From an uncultured bacterium (GTDB lineage: Bacteria; Zixibacteria; MSB-5A5; GN15; FEB-12), in NCBI GenBank assembly GCA_965372795.1, contig CBDVDR010000003.1:160001-224000 (forward strand): a DNA stretch of 64,000 nt. Reading direction: 5' to 3'. How positions within the stretch are numbered: position 1 is the stretch's first letter; each line of letters starts with the position of its first letter. The notes beneath the pieces are model-generated. The model saw only the letters and a list, made by a program, of their open reading frames with translations. It did no database searches and had not been told where the DNA came from. The position numbers and the translations under genes were made by a program. Positions 32,969-41,499 of this stretch are shown here, in pieces.

Positions 32969-33751
32969 GTGGAATACCAAAATCTATTAGTTGAACAGAT
33001 GGAAGAAATTCTTCTCATCACTATAAATCGTGAACGGGCACTCAACGCTCTCAATAATGACACAATTGATGAACTTCAAAAGCTGTTCAGTTTTTACTGG
33101 TCGGATAAATCTGTCAAATGCGTCATCATTACCGGCGGCGGTGAAAAAGCATTTGTTGCCGGAGCCGATATTTCCGAGTTAGCCGATCTCAATGTTCAAA
33201 CCGGTGCCGAAACCATGGCGCGCGGTCAGTACCTGATGAAAACTATTCAAAATTTCCCCAAACCGGTTATTGCGGCGGTCAATGGTTTTGCCCTTGGCGG
33301 CGGATGCGAACTTGCCATGTCATGTGATTTCCGACTGGCTTCTGAAAAAGCAAAATTCGGTCAACCGGAAGTCAACCTCGGCATCATCCCCGGTTACGGC
33401 GGTACCCAGCGTCTGCCTCGATTGGTCGGGCAGGGGAAAGCTTCCCAATTGATTTTCACCGGCGAAATAATCAGAGCCGACGAGGCTCATCGTATCGGAC
33501 TGGTTGATGAAGTTTATCCGCCTGAAGAACTGATGGACAAAGCTATTGAAATGGCAAAACTGATAGCTTCGAAAGCACCTCTGGCAATTGCGGCGGCAAA
33601 AGAATGTATCAACCGCGGACTGGATGTTCCTTTGACAGCCGGATGCGATCTTGAAAAAGCCAACTTTGCGCAACTTTGCGGAACCGGTGATAAAAACGAA
33701 GGTATGGAAGCGTTTCTTGAGAAACGCAAAGCCGCCTTCACCGGCAATTGA
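32969..33751 (+). CDS. crt: Enoyl-CoA hydratase (crotonase)
   Basis: AFVAGADI, GGGCELA and PEVNLGIIPGYGGTQRL. Confidence 0.9.
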   Translation: MEYQNLLVEQMEEILLITINRERALNALNNDTIDELQKLFSFYWSDKSVKCVIITGGGEKAFVAGADISELADLNVQTGAETMARGQYLMKTIQNFPKPVIAAVNGFALGGGCELAMSCDFRLASEKAKFGQPEVNLGIIPGYGGTQRLPRLVGQGKASQLIFTGEIIRADEAHRIGLVDEVYPPEELMDKAIEMAKLIASKAPLAIAAAKECINRGLDVPLTAGCDLEKANFAQLCGTGDKNEGMEAFLEKRKAAFTGN

Positions 33752-33943
33752 CGCAGTCAATTTTTTCCTGACGTAGTTTGTAAATAATTCACACGAAGTG
33801 TGTCATCCCCGCGAAAGCGGGGATCCAGCAACACGGTTGCCTTTTTTCCTGACGAAGTTTTAAAATTTTCCCCCGTAGGGCAGTCCGCCTTGGCGGACTG
33901 CCATTATTTGTATTGAGTAGGTCGAAACCCCTGCGGTTTCGAC
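33746..33943. repeat. Cluster of REP-like palindromes with a short direct repeat
   Basis: GTCATCCCCGCGAAAGCGGGGATCCAG (33802), GTAGGGCAGTCCGCC-TT-GGCGGACTGCC (33875), GTAGGTCGAAACC...GGTTTCGAC (33917); TTTTTTCCTGACG[TA]AGTTT at 33761 and 33842. Confidence 0.8.
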
Positions 33944-33987
33944 AATAATTTATCAGAATTAACTTATCAAATTGTATTTTATTGTTA

Positions 33988-34303
33988 CTTATTGTAGTAT
34001 ATATACTACAATAAGAGGCATATTAAGGGTATTATTATACCGTAAGTGATGTTTTATCAATAGGATATATAGAATAATGGCATTATTAATATGGGTATAG
34101 TGTAGTATATATACTACACTATACCACTGTTAACATAAATCAATATATTATTACTTGTATAAGATAATATATGTATATATACTACACATATTATGGTATA
34201 AGTACATAATTAACAGCGATAACGTTATGTGTAACAATATGATGAATATATATATTGTGATATTATAGGTACTCATACGTAGTATATATACTACGTATGA
34301 GTA
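33988..34303. repeat. Array of long perfect palindromes with core GTAGTATATATACTAC; putative operators of the AbiEi-like gene
   Basis: Perfect palindromes at 33988-34015 (28 bp), 34094-34125 (32 bp) and 34270-34303 (34 bp); a degenerate copy at about 34164-34194. Confidence 0.92.
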
Positions 34304-34319
34304 GGAAGAAGTTATTATT

Positions 34320-35195
34320 ATGGGATTAACAAGAATTAAAATTGCACAAAAAGATATCCTCGCTCTATTTGAATCAATGAACCAAAATGTATACAAGAGA
34401 TCTGAAATAGATAAAATCATTTCTGATAATCGAGAGTTCTGGAGACTCGCACATTCGACTTCTGTTAAATATTTCGTAGATTTTCTGATAAGCCTTGGTG
34501 TATTTAAAATATTTGAATTAAAATTTCCCCATAGAAAAGAAACGAGATATGTGTGGAAAGACGCGTCTGACTACGAGTTGATTCAAACGCTGAGACCTAA
34601 TAGTTACTTCACGCATTTTACAGCTCTTTTTTTACATAACCTTACTTTGCAAATTCCAAAAACGGTTTATCTTAATTATGAGCAACCAAAAAAGAAAAAT
34701 CAGGGTGGTGAATTGATTCAAGAACGGATTGCTAACGCTTTTCGAAATGCATGTAGAGTATCAAAAACTATTGCGAAATTTCAAGGTAAAAGAGTTTGTC
34801 TTTTGAATGGAAAATTTACAGATCAAAAGGGTGTTATTATTATAAAAGATGTTATTGAAAAAGATATAAAAATTACAAATGTTGAGCGTACACTTATTGA
34901 TTGTGTCGTTCGTCCGGTGTATGCAGGTGGTGTTTATAATGTACTTACTGCTTTCGAAAGAGCAAAAGATAAAGTTTCGATCAACAAACTTGCTGCTACG
35001 CTTACAGCAATCGGTCACGTATACCCATACCATCAAGCGATTGGTTTTTATCTTGAGCGATCGGGTGTATACACCGAAAATCAAATAGCACTAATTGATA
35101 GATTTGAAAAGAAGTTTGACTTCTATCTTGCTCATCAAATGAAACAGCAAAAGTACTCTAAACGTTGGCGATTATACTACCCTTCAGGGATGTAG
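34320..35195 (+). CDS. AbiEi-like (type IV TA) antitoxin / transcriptional regulator
   Basis: Putative N-terminal wHTH, YFTHFTAL..H.LT.QIP and ITNVERTLID...PVYAGG motifs typical of AbiEi-family proteins. Confidence 0.75.
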   Translation: MGLTRIKIAQKDILALFESMNQNVYKRSEIDKIISDNREFWRLAHSTSVKYFVDFLISLGVFKIFELKFPHRKETRYVWKDASDYELIQTLRPNSYFTHFTALFLHNLTLQIPKTVYLNYEQPKKKNQGGELIQERIANAFRNACRVSKTIAKFQGKRVCLLNGKFTDQKGVIIIKDVIEKDIKITNVERTLIDCVVRPVYAGGVYNVLTAFERAKDKVSINKLAATLTAIGHVYPYHQAIGFYLERSGVYTENQIALIDRFEKKFDFYLAHQMKQQKYSKRWRLYYPSGM

Positions 35196-36053
35196 TTTGT
35201 CACAGATGTCTACTACAAAATCAAAATAAAAGTCAAAATCATGGAGTACTATGTCAGGCTTAACAGTATCTTTTACTGCAACAAAATCTTCTGAATGAAA
35301 ATCACGATATTTTCTTAAGTTCTTCAAATAAGTAAGGGGGACCTTTTTTGCATCAAAAACTGCTTTGAGGAATTCCTTATTCTCTTTGCTTAAAAGATCA
35401 ACATTACATGTATTTACAATTGTGTAGATATCAAAAAAATCTCGTGCTCGTGGAGATGCTGTCGTACTGGGTATGATTTCACGATATTCTTCCATCTGCT
35501 GACATATTGCCCTAAGCTTTTCGATAGCGATAAGCACTGGAGTGTATACTTTTACTATGTAACCATCTACTTTAACCTCTTTCACCAACGGACAATACTC
35601 AAAGCGGGATATTTCTATTTTAAGCTTGGTGCTACTATTTTCTCCAACTGAGATAGCTTCTCTTCGTACTTTTTTAGGATCAGATATTATTTCCTCATAG
35701 CGATCAATTGAAATCAACTTGAATTCGATTTTATAACCGCCCCAAAAAGAATCGAGCTCGGGTTTTATTTTGTTTGGTCTTTTCTTTAAAGAAACATCAA
35801 AGACATGAAATCCTTGTTCTCTGAAGACAGAAGTAAGTAGGGTTTTGATTTTTCCTTCCAGTTCTGGAAGCTTTGTATCGTCAAAACTACCCTCAATTGA
35901 AAAATCCAAGTCAAAAGAAGCACGCTCAGCTATTTTGTGTATTAAGTCGAGGGCATTTCCTCCCTTGAGGATCAATTGCTCCATCAGTGTGTCATCTGAT
36001 ACAAGTGCTTTAATTGCAGTGGTTTTAATAGTATTTATGAAATCCATATCCAT
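35184..36053 (-). CDS. AbiEii/AbiGii-family nucleotidyltransferase toxin
   Basis: LILKGGNAL...RASFDLDFS (motif I), KIEIS, EKLRA and RARDFFD. Confidence 0.9.
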   Translation of the reverse strand: MDMDFINTIKTTAIKALVSDDTLMEQLILKGGNALDLIHKIAERASFDLDFSIEGSFDDTKLPELEGKIKTLLTSVFREQGFHVFDVSLKKRPNKIKPELDSFWGGYKIEFKLISIDRYEEIISDPKKVRREAISVGENSSTKLKIEISRFEYCPLVKEVKVDGYIVKVYTPVLIAIEKLRAICQQMEEYREIIPSTTASPRARDFFDIYTIVNTCNVDLLSKENKEFLKAVFDAKKVPLTYLKNLRKYRDFHSEDFVAVKDTVKPDIVLHDFDFYFDFVVDICDKLHP

Positions 36054-36104
36054 GAGTAAAGTATAGGAAAATAATTTCTATTACACCAGGACTTTGGCCA
36101 ATGG

Positions 36105-36126
36105 AAAATCTTATCAATAAGATTTT
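36105..36126. promoter_or_regulatory. Inverted repeat upstream of the toxin gene (possible operator)
   Basis: AAAATCTTAT-CA-ATAAGATTTT, about 50 nt upstream of the toxin start. Confidence 0.45.
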
Positions 36127-36245
36127 GTACCATCCCAAATTTACTACCAAATCATTGATGATTACTTTCTAGCGCACCTATATAAAAGGGAGCGGTGAGT
36201 TATGTCTGAAATTGCGACTGCAAAATCAAAAAATAAATCGAAAAG

Positions 36246-36716
36246 AAAAATCACACAAAGTGTGCGAAGTATACAAAGTGTGCGAAGTGTGTAAAAGACA
36301 TCACTATGTCAAAAGTGAGCAAACGAACCCATTTGAAAATCACACGAAGTGTGTCAGGTGCACAGGGCTCCTGACCTACCCAGATCTGTTGGGTCACAAT
36401 TTGCCTTTGGCAAATCAAGACCCAACAGAACAAGGCAAACTAGTCAAAGACATCACTATGTCAAAAGTGAGCAAACGAACCCATTTCTTTGTAAGGATAT
36501 ATTATCGTTATGCTTACAGCGATTATTTGACATTTGGAAATTAGTGGAAATAAAAAAACACACTATGTGTGTCGCCAGAGAAAATCATACGAAGTGTGCG
36601 AAGTATACAAAGTGTGCGAAGTATACGAAGTGTGTAAAAGACATCACTATGTCAAAAGTGAGCAAACGAACCCATTATTGTTGTACTATCTTATAAGAGA
36701 AAGTGTTACAGCGATT
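36246..36716. repeat. Mosaic repeat region: three identical 40-mers, 9-bp tandem units and hairpins
   Basis: AAAGACATCACTATGTCAAAAGTGAGCAAACGAACCCATT at 36294, 36446 and 36637; TGTGCGAAG/TATACAAAG 9-mers before copies 1 and 3; hairpin CTGTTGGGTC...GACCCAACAG at 36386-36428. Confidence 0.92.
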
Positions 36717-36779
36717 CTTTATAAATTTACAACAAACTTTAACTGGAACAACCATGTCCAATTTTGTATTTTAAAATCA

Positions 36780-37424
36780 ATGGAACTTATTCTGATATTT
36801 TTTAACTCATTCATCGTCGGGTTCTCGGGCGCCATGATGCCCGGTCCGCTTCTGGTGGTCGGAATCGCCGAAACTCCCCGTCATGGCTGGCAAACCGGTC
36901 CGATAATCTCAATCGGTCATGCTATCGCCGAAATCGCCGTAGTCGTTTTGCTGTCGCTCGGTCTGGTTGCGGTTGCTGAAAACCCAATCGTAGTCTCAGC
37001 CATTGGAATTGTCGGCGGGTCGGCTCTGACCCTGATGGGTTTGAAAATGGGTTACGATATAATCAGAAACCGCGTCAACTATGATGCTGTTGAAGGTGAG
37101 CAAAAAGGTAATCATAAACTTGTCGGTGAAGGAATCACAGCGACCCTTGCTAATCCTTACTGGTTTGTCTGGTGGGGGACAATCGGACTGGCCTTGATTA
37201 TTGACTCGCTCAAATTTGGTTATGTCGGAGCGATTGTTTTTTATTTTGGTCATATCCTATCGGATTTTGTCTGGTATACGGTGGTAACAATAATATTGTG
37301 GACCGGTAAAAAACTTATTATGGGTACCGGGTTGCGGGTGCTTATTGGTTTGTGTTCAATATTTTTAGTTTATCTCGGAATCTCTTTTATAATTGATGGT
37401 TTCTCCGGATCAATATTGTTATAG
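36780..37424 (+). CDS. LysE family translocator
   Basis: SGAMMPGP, GHAIAE, NPYWFVWW and GHILSD. The true start is probably ATG 36780; the longer ORF reads through repeats. Confidence 0.9.
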   Translation: MELILIFFNSFIVGFSGAMMPGPLLVVGIAETPRHGWQTGPIISIGHAIAEIAVVVLLSLGLVAVAENPIVVSAIGIVGGSALTLMGLKMGYDIIRNRVNYDAVEGEQKGNHKLVGEGITATLANPYWFVWWGTIGLALIIDSLKFGYVGAIVFYFGHILSDFVWYTVVTIILWTGKKLIMGTGLRVLIGLCSIFLVYLGISFIIDGFSGSILL

Positions 37425-37457
37425 AACTCACGAAATTGATAAAGCTCACGAAGTGAG

Positions 37458-38033
37458 TTATTCGAAGCGTTCCTCGCCTAAGATTATCTCATGAAGTTTA
37501 TCATAGATCGGACCGTTGGGAGTCAATGTAGATTTGAACAGGCAGAGTTTGTTAAGCACAAGCGGGATTTCATCAAACTTATAAGATTGCATATAATCGG
37601 TCAGATGATCAATATCCCGACCCCGCACCCGACCTAAGGTAAGATGAGCTTTGAATCTCCGGTTCTCTTTTTCAAAACCATGCTGGCTCATGAGGTGGTC
37701 GATTTTTTCAGCCAGGTTTATCAGATCATCATTTTCGGTTTCGAGTCCGCTCCAGATAACTCTTGGTTTGATAAGATTCGGGAACCCGCCGATTTTAATT
37801 ATTTTGCAATTTATTGATTGAAATTTTTGTCCGGCTTTTGAAATATCTTCTTTGATATTCTCAATCAGATTTTTGTCGGTTTCGCCCAAGAATTTGAGCG
37901 TCAGATGAGAGTTTTTCGGATTGACCCATTTAACCGCTGAACGGTCGGAACAATGTTTATTTAAATCATCAATGATATTACTAAGCGAGCTTTTGATTTC
38001 TTTGGGAAGTTCAAGCGCGATAAAAAGACGCAT
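37458..38033 (-). CDS. thpR: RNA 2',3'-cyclic phosphodiesterase
   Basis: MRLFIA start and two HxT motifs (HLTLKFLG, HLTLGR). Confidence 0.94.
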   Translation of the reverse strand: MRLFIALELPKEIKSSLSNIIDDLNKHCSDRSAVKWVNPKNSHLTLKFLGETDKNLIENIKEDISKAGQKFQSINCKIIKIGGFPNLIKPRVIWSGLETENDDLINLAEKIDHLMSQHGFEKENRRFKAHLTLGRVRGRDIDHLTDYMQSYKFDEIPLVLNKLCLFKSTLTPNGPIYDKLHEIILGEERFE

Positions 38034-38036
38034 GGT

Positions 38037-39275
38037 TTACAGATCCAGAATTTCACGCCGGAGTAATTCCAAAGCTGTATACGAGGCTCTGGTGCGATTC
38101 ACATCTCTATCGGTTCCGAAGATAAATTTTTTGGCAAATTTGTTATGTGCTGAGGAAAGCCCGATATAAGTTGTGCCGACCGATTTTTCTTCAGTTGCTC
38201 CGTCCGGTCCGGCGATGCCGGTGATTGAGATGGCATAGCTGCTGTTGAGCAGTTTCCTTGCTCCTTCGGCCATGGCAATAGCGCATTCTTCGGAAACAGC
38301 CCCATGTTCTTTCAATATTTCTTCGGGTACTTTGAGCAGATCCATTTTTATATCATTGGAATAAGAAATAACACCGCCGATAAAATATTTCGATGCTCCC
38401 GGGGCAGAGGTAAGGACTTTGCCTAATTCGCCGCCGGTGCATGATTCGGCAACGGCTAAGGTTTTATCATTGTCAATCAGAAGCTGGCCAATGACACCCT
38501 CAAGATTTTCATCATCCTGACCATAAATATATTTGCTGCAGACAGAATTTATATGAGTTACCAAACGATTAACTTTTTGTTCGGCTTCATCAGGACTGTT
38601 AGCCCTTGAGATGATTCTTAAATCAACACCATCATAACCGGGGAGATAGGCAAGTTTGGTTCCCTGAGGAATTTTAAGATTTGGTTTGATAAGTTCGGCT
38701 ATGGTAGCCTCGGAAATATTTACGGTATGAAGCGTGGTAACAAAGGTGCTCAAATTAGTTTTTAAACCTCTAAGATAGGGAAGAACTTCATCGGTTAAAA
38801 TTTGTATCATCTCTTTTGGAACGCCGGGTAGAGCAATAAAAATTTTTCCTTTTTCAGTAATACATATCCCGACGGCAGAACCGTTTTTGTTAGGAAAGAA
38901 ACTGGCACCCTGAGGAAGTAACGCCTGGTTTTGTACAATTGCGGGCATCACCATCCCGCGTTTGACAAACCGGTCTTTGAGTTCTTCCAGAACATCCTCA
39001 TGGAAAATCAGATTGCGTCTGAAAACTTTTACAATTCCTTTTTTGGTGATGTCATCATCGGTCGGTCCCAATCCTCCGGTAGTAATCACGAGGCTGGTAC
39101 GGCTAAGAGCTAAGCGAATACCTTTTTCGATTTCATCTAAAGAATCACCGATAGATGATTGGTATTTTACGTTAATTCCTACCGCAGTCAGTTGACGGGC
39201 GATAAAAACAGCATTTGTATTTGTTGTGTGACCGCTTAAAAGTTCGTCACCAATAGTCAGAATTTCAGCATCCAT
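38037..39275 (-). CDS. cinA: Competence/damage-inducible protein A
   Basis: IGDELL.G, GGLGPT.DD.T, AESCTGG and TGIAGP motifs. Confidence 0.95.
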   Translation of the reverse strand: MDAEILTIGDELLSGHTTNTNAVFIARQLTAVGINVKYQSSIGDSLDEIEKGIRLALSRTSLVITTGGLGPTDDDITKKGIVKVFRRNLIFHEDVLEELKDRFVKRGMVMPAIVQNQALLPQGASFFPNKNGSAVGICITEKGKIFIALPGVPKEMIQILTDEVLPYLRGLKTNLSTFVTTLHTVNISEATIAELIKPNLKIPQGTKLAYLPGYDGVDLRIISRANSPDEAEQKVNRLVTHINSVCSKYIYGQDDENLEGVIGQLLIDNDKTLAVAESCTGGELGKVLTSAPGASKYFIGGVISYSNDIKMDLLKVPEEILKEHGAVSEECAIAMAEGARKLLNSSYAISITGIAGPDGATEEKSVGTTYIGLSSAHNKFAKKFIFGTDRDVNRTRASYTALELLRREILDL

Positions 39276-39293
39276 TATTTATCCTGAATTGTT

Positions 39294-39743
39294 TTATCTG
39301 TTTACAAAATAAATCAGTAATTGGATGAATATATTTGCCTGAATTCCAGCAACTACATCATCCATCGTAATTCCCCATCCGCCGGGAAGTTTTTCAAGCT
39401 GTCTTGCGGGTGGAATTTTTATAACATCAAAAACCCTGAAGGCTATAAAAGCTATAATATAATTAGTTAATGTAAAGGGTATGAATAAGAAGGTGATAAA
39501 CATCCCCGCCCATTCATCAATCACAATTATTTTAGCATCATGTCCAAATTGTTTTTCGGCTTCGTTGGCGCTCCAGATTGAGATTAAGGTAGTGACTAGA
39601 GCCACGATTACGCCCGCAACAGGGTCACCTTTTATAATAAAATAACCGATCAACCAGGCCGGGATAGTTCCCCAGGTGCCGGAAAAGGGTTTCATGTAAC
39701 CGGAATATAAGCCGGTAGCAATAAGTTTAACCAAGTGGTGCAC
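39294..39743 (-). CDS. pgpA: Phosphatidylglycerophosphatase A
   Basis: SGTWGT, IVIDE, FRVFD..K and MDDVVAG motifs. Confidence 0.94.
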   Translation of the reverse strand: MHHLVKLIATGLYSGYMKPFSGTWGTIPAWLIGYFIIKGDPVAGVIVALVTTLISIWSANEAEKQFGHDAKIIVIDEWAGMFITFLFIPFTLTNYIIAFIAFRVFDVIKIPPARQLEKLPGGWGITMDDVVAGIQANIFIQLLIYFVNR

Positions 39744-39752
39744 AAAAATCCT

Positions 39753-40340
39753 CTATTTTAAAGCAGTTTTTATCATATAAAAATATTTCACAATATAATC
39801 AACGCCAGTCCAAACCGTAATAATAGCAGTTAGCCAGGTAAGAAGATTAAAATAAAACTGGTAGTCAAACTGAAAATATTCAATAGCCGGGCTTTCAAAA
39901 AATTCAAGCGAGCTGATCAAATTTATATATCCGAGCATCAGTCCGACAATTCCCATTTGAAGGAATGTTTTAATTTTTGCCCACCATGAGGGAGGGATGA
40001 TAATTCCCCGATAAGCGGCTAACAGACGCAATCCGGTTATAGCAAACTCTCGCCCAATGATTAACATCACCGGCAGAGGTGAGACATATTTTAAAGAGAT
40101 AAAGGCGATCAGAGCCGATGAGACGAGAATTTTATCAGCCAGAGGGTCCATGAATTTACCGAATCCGGTAACAATCCCGTATTTACGGGCGTAATATCCA
40201 TCGGCTAAATCTGTTAATGAAGCCAAAATAAATAAACCCAGAGCTATTAGTCTCATGTAGTAACTGTCCAATATCAAGCAATACATAAATATTGGAGCGA
40301 TTACAATCCGGGATAACGTTAGTTTGTTCGGCGTATTCAT
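39753..40340 (-). CDS. pgsA: CDP-diacylglycerol--glycerol-3-phosphate 3-phosphatidyltransferase
   Basis: PNKLTLSR and D..DG..AR...G...DP.ADK motifs. Confidence 0.95.
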   Translation of the reverse strand: MNTPNKLTLSRIVIAPIFMYCLILDSYYMRLIALGLFILASLTDLADGYYARKYGIVTGFGKFMDPLADKILVSSALIAFISLKYVSPLPVMLIIGREFAITGLRLLAAYRGIIIPPSWWAKIKTFLQMGIVGLMLGYINLISSLEFFESPAIEYFQFDYQFYFNLLTWLTAIITVWTGVDYIVKYFYMIKTALK

Positions 40341-40383
40341 GGATTGGTAAGTTAGGCTATGTTAAGAGGACTGTCAATTAGGA

Positions 40384-40414
40384 AATGCCGGAAGAATAAG
40401 TCTCTTCCGGCATT
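40384..40414 (-). terminator. Hairpin ending the barrel-cytochrome transcript
   Basis: AATGCCGGAAGA...TCTTCCGGCATT inverted repeat. Confidence 0.6.
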
Positions 40415-40441
40415 GTAGATGGCTCATTGAACTTTAGAATA

Positions 40442-40699
40442 TCAGTTGTTTTCAATCAAAAAATCAGTAATTCTGGTGATCTGCTCCTGGCTTAATTTTG
40501 CCTTTTTACCGTATCGGTTTACAATTATGGGCCAGTCTTCATCACTTTTGGCCTTGGCTTTGGGGAGCATGTGACAGGTCTGGCAATTGGAACGAAATTC
40601 CTTTTCAGCCAGTGAGATGTTTTCATTGCCCGCCGATGACGGGGAGCACCCGATTGAAATAATCAGTAAACCAAGAATTAGTAATAATAATTTATTCAT
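40442..40699 (-). CDS. Small monoheme c-type cytochrome lipoprotein
   Basis: Signal peptide with lipobox-like ISIG-C; CQTCH heme-binding motif. Confidence 0.8.
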   Translation of the reverse strand: MNKLLLLILGLLIISIGCSPSSAGNENISLAEKEFRSNCQTCHMLPKAKAKSDEDWPIIVNRYGKKAKLSQEQITRITDFLIENN

Positions 40700-40711
40700 G
40701 TTAAAACTATT

Positions 40712-41425
40712 TTATAATCCAATACCCATAATAAAACGAACCCGGGCATCATTGCTTTCATCAGTTAATCCCCAGGCATACCCAACTGTGAAAAAAGTGT
40801 TGCCGGTAGCATAGGAGACTGTCGGACCAAAATAGGACCCAAATTCATTATCTTCATCATTTAAAAATTTATATCGTGAAGTTGATTCCATACCAAATGA
40901 AATTCTATATGATGGAGCGTATGAAACACCGGCATCAAAGCCAACTTCATGTATTGGATCACCGGGACCCCAGAAAAATTCGTATACAGGATTAAAGGAG
41001 ATATTAGTTTTTTCGATATCTTTTGCCAAAATCAGCTTGGCTTCAAATTTATTTTTGAGTTTCAAATCAGTTTTGCGCTGATACTCAAGATAAAGAAGAG
41101 GATCCATAAATAATTCGCCGTACTGAGCTAATTTGTAACGGGTACGAACTTGAAAAGCATCCCATTTTAAAGCTTCACCTTCATTTTGAGAAAATATCTG
41201 ATAAACCGCTAAATCCATATTGGGCGTTACACCCTGCTCAACCTCAATGCGATATTCCCATTTGTTGGTAATATCAAGCTTTGTGGTTTGATAAAACTCT
41301 AATTCAGAGGCACCTTCGGCTATTGTAGTAAACTGATAAGTCCATACATATTTTCTGCGGTCAGCAAAACTGTTGGGGACAACAAAGAGCAAGACCAACG
41401 CTACCAATAACAATTTTTTGTACAT
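40712..41425 (-). CDS. Putative outer-membrane beta-barrel protein
   Basis: Signal peptide (..SFA-D), alternating aromatic/polar strands, C-terminal RVRFIMGIGL strand. Confidence 0.7.
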   Translation of the reverse strand: MYKKLLLVALVLLFVVPNSFADRRKYVWTYQFTTIAEGASELEFYQTTKLDITNKWEYRIEVEQGVTPNMDLAVYQIFSQNEGEALKWDAFQVRTRYKLAQYGELFMDPLLYLEYQRKTDLKLKNKFEAKLILAKDIEKTNISFNPVYEFFWGPGDPIHEVGFDAGVSYAPSYRISFGMESTSRYKFLNDEDNEFGSYFGPTVSYATGNTFFTVGYAWGLTDESNDARVRFIMGIGL

Positions 41426-41458
41426 CGAACAGAACTCCTTCTAAAGATTAATTCACCC

Positions 41459-41483
41459 AATGAAAATGATTTTCATTTTCATT
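41459..41483. promoter_or_regulatory. Fur-family operator
   Basis: Perfect 9-1-9 palindrome AATGAAAAT-G-ATTTTCATT plus an extra hexamer, lying between the promoter and RBS of the barrel gene. Confidence 0.7.
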
Positions 41484-41499
41484 GCTGTTAACGAGACAG

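Noticed and set aside
34151..34420. 89-aa minus-strand ORF
   Set aside because: Low-complexity Ile/Tyr read-through of the AT-rich palindrome array, overlapping the AbiEi-like gene.
36294..36676. CRISPR array
   Set aside because: Only three repeats, spacers of 112 and 151 nt that are themselves repetitive, and no cas genes in the window.
36212..36779. ORFs 36212-36544, 36349-36696, 36251-36433 and the N-terminal extension of lysE
   Set aside because: These are translations of the DNA repeats, open in several frames with no RBS or family motif.
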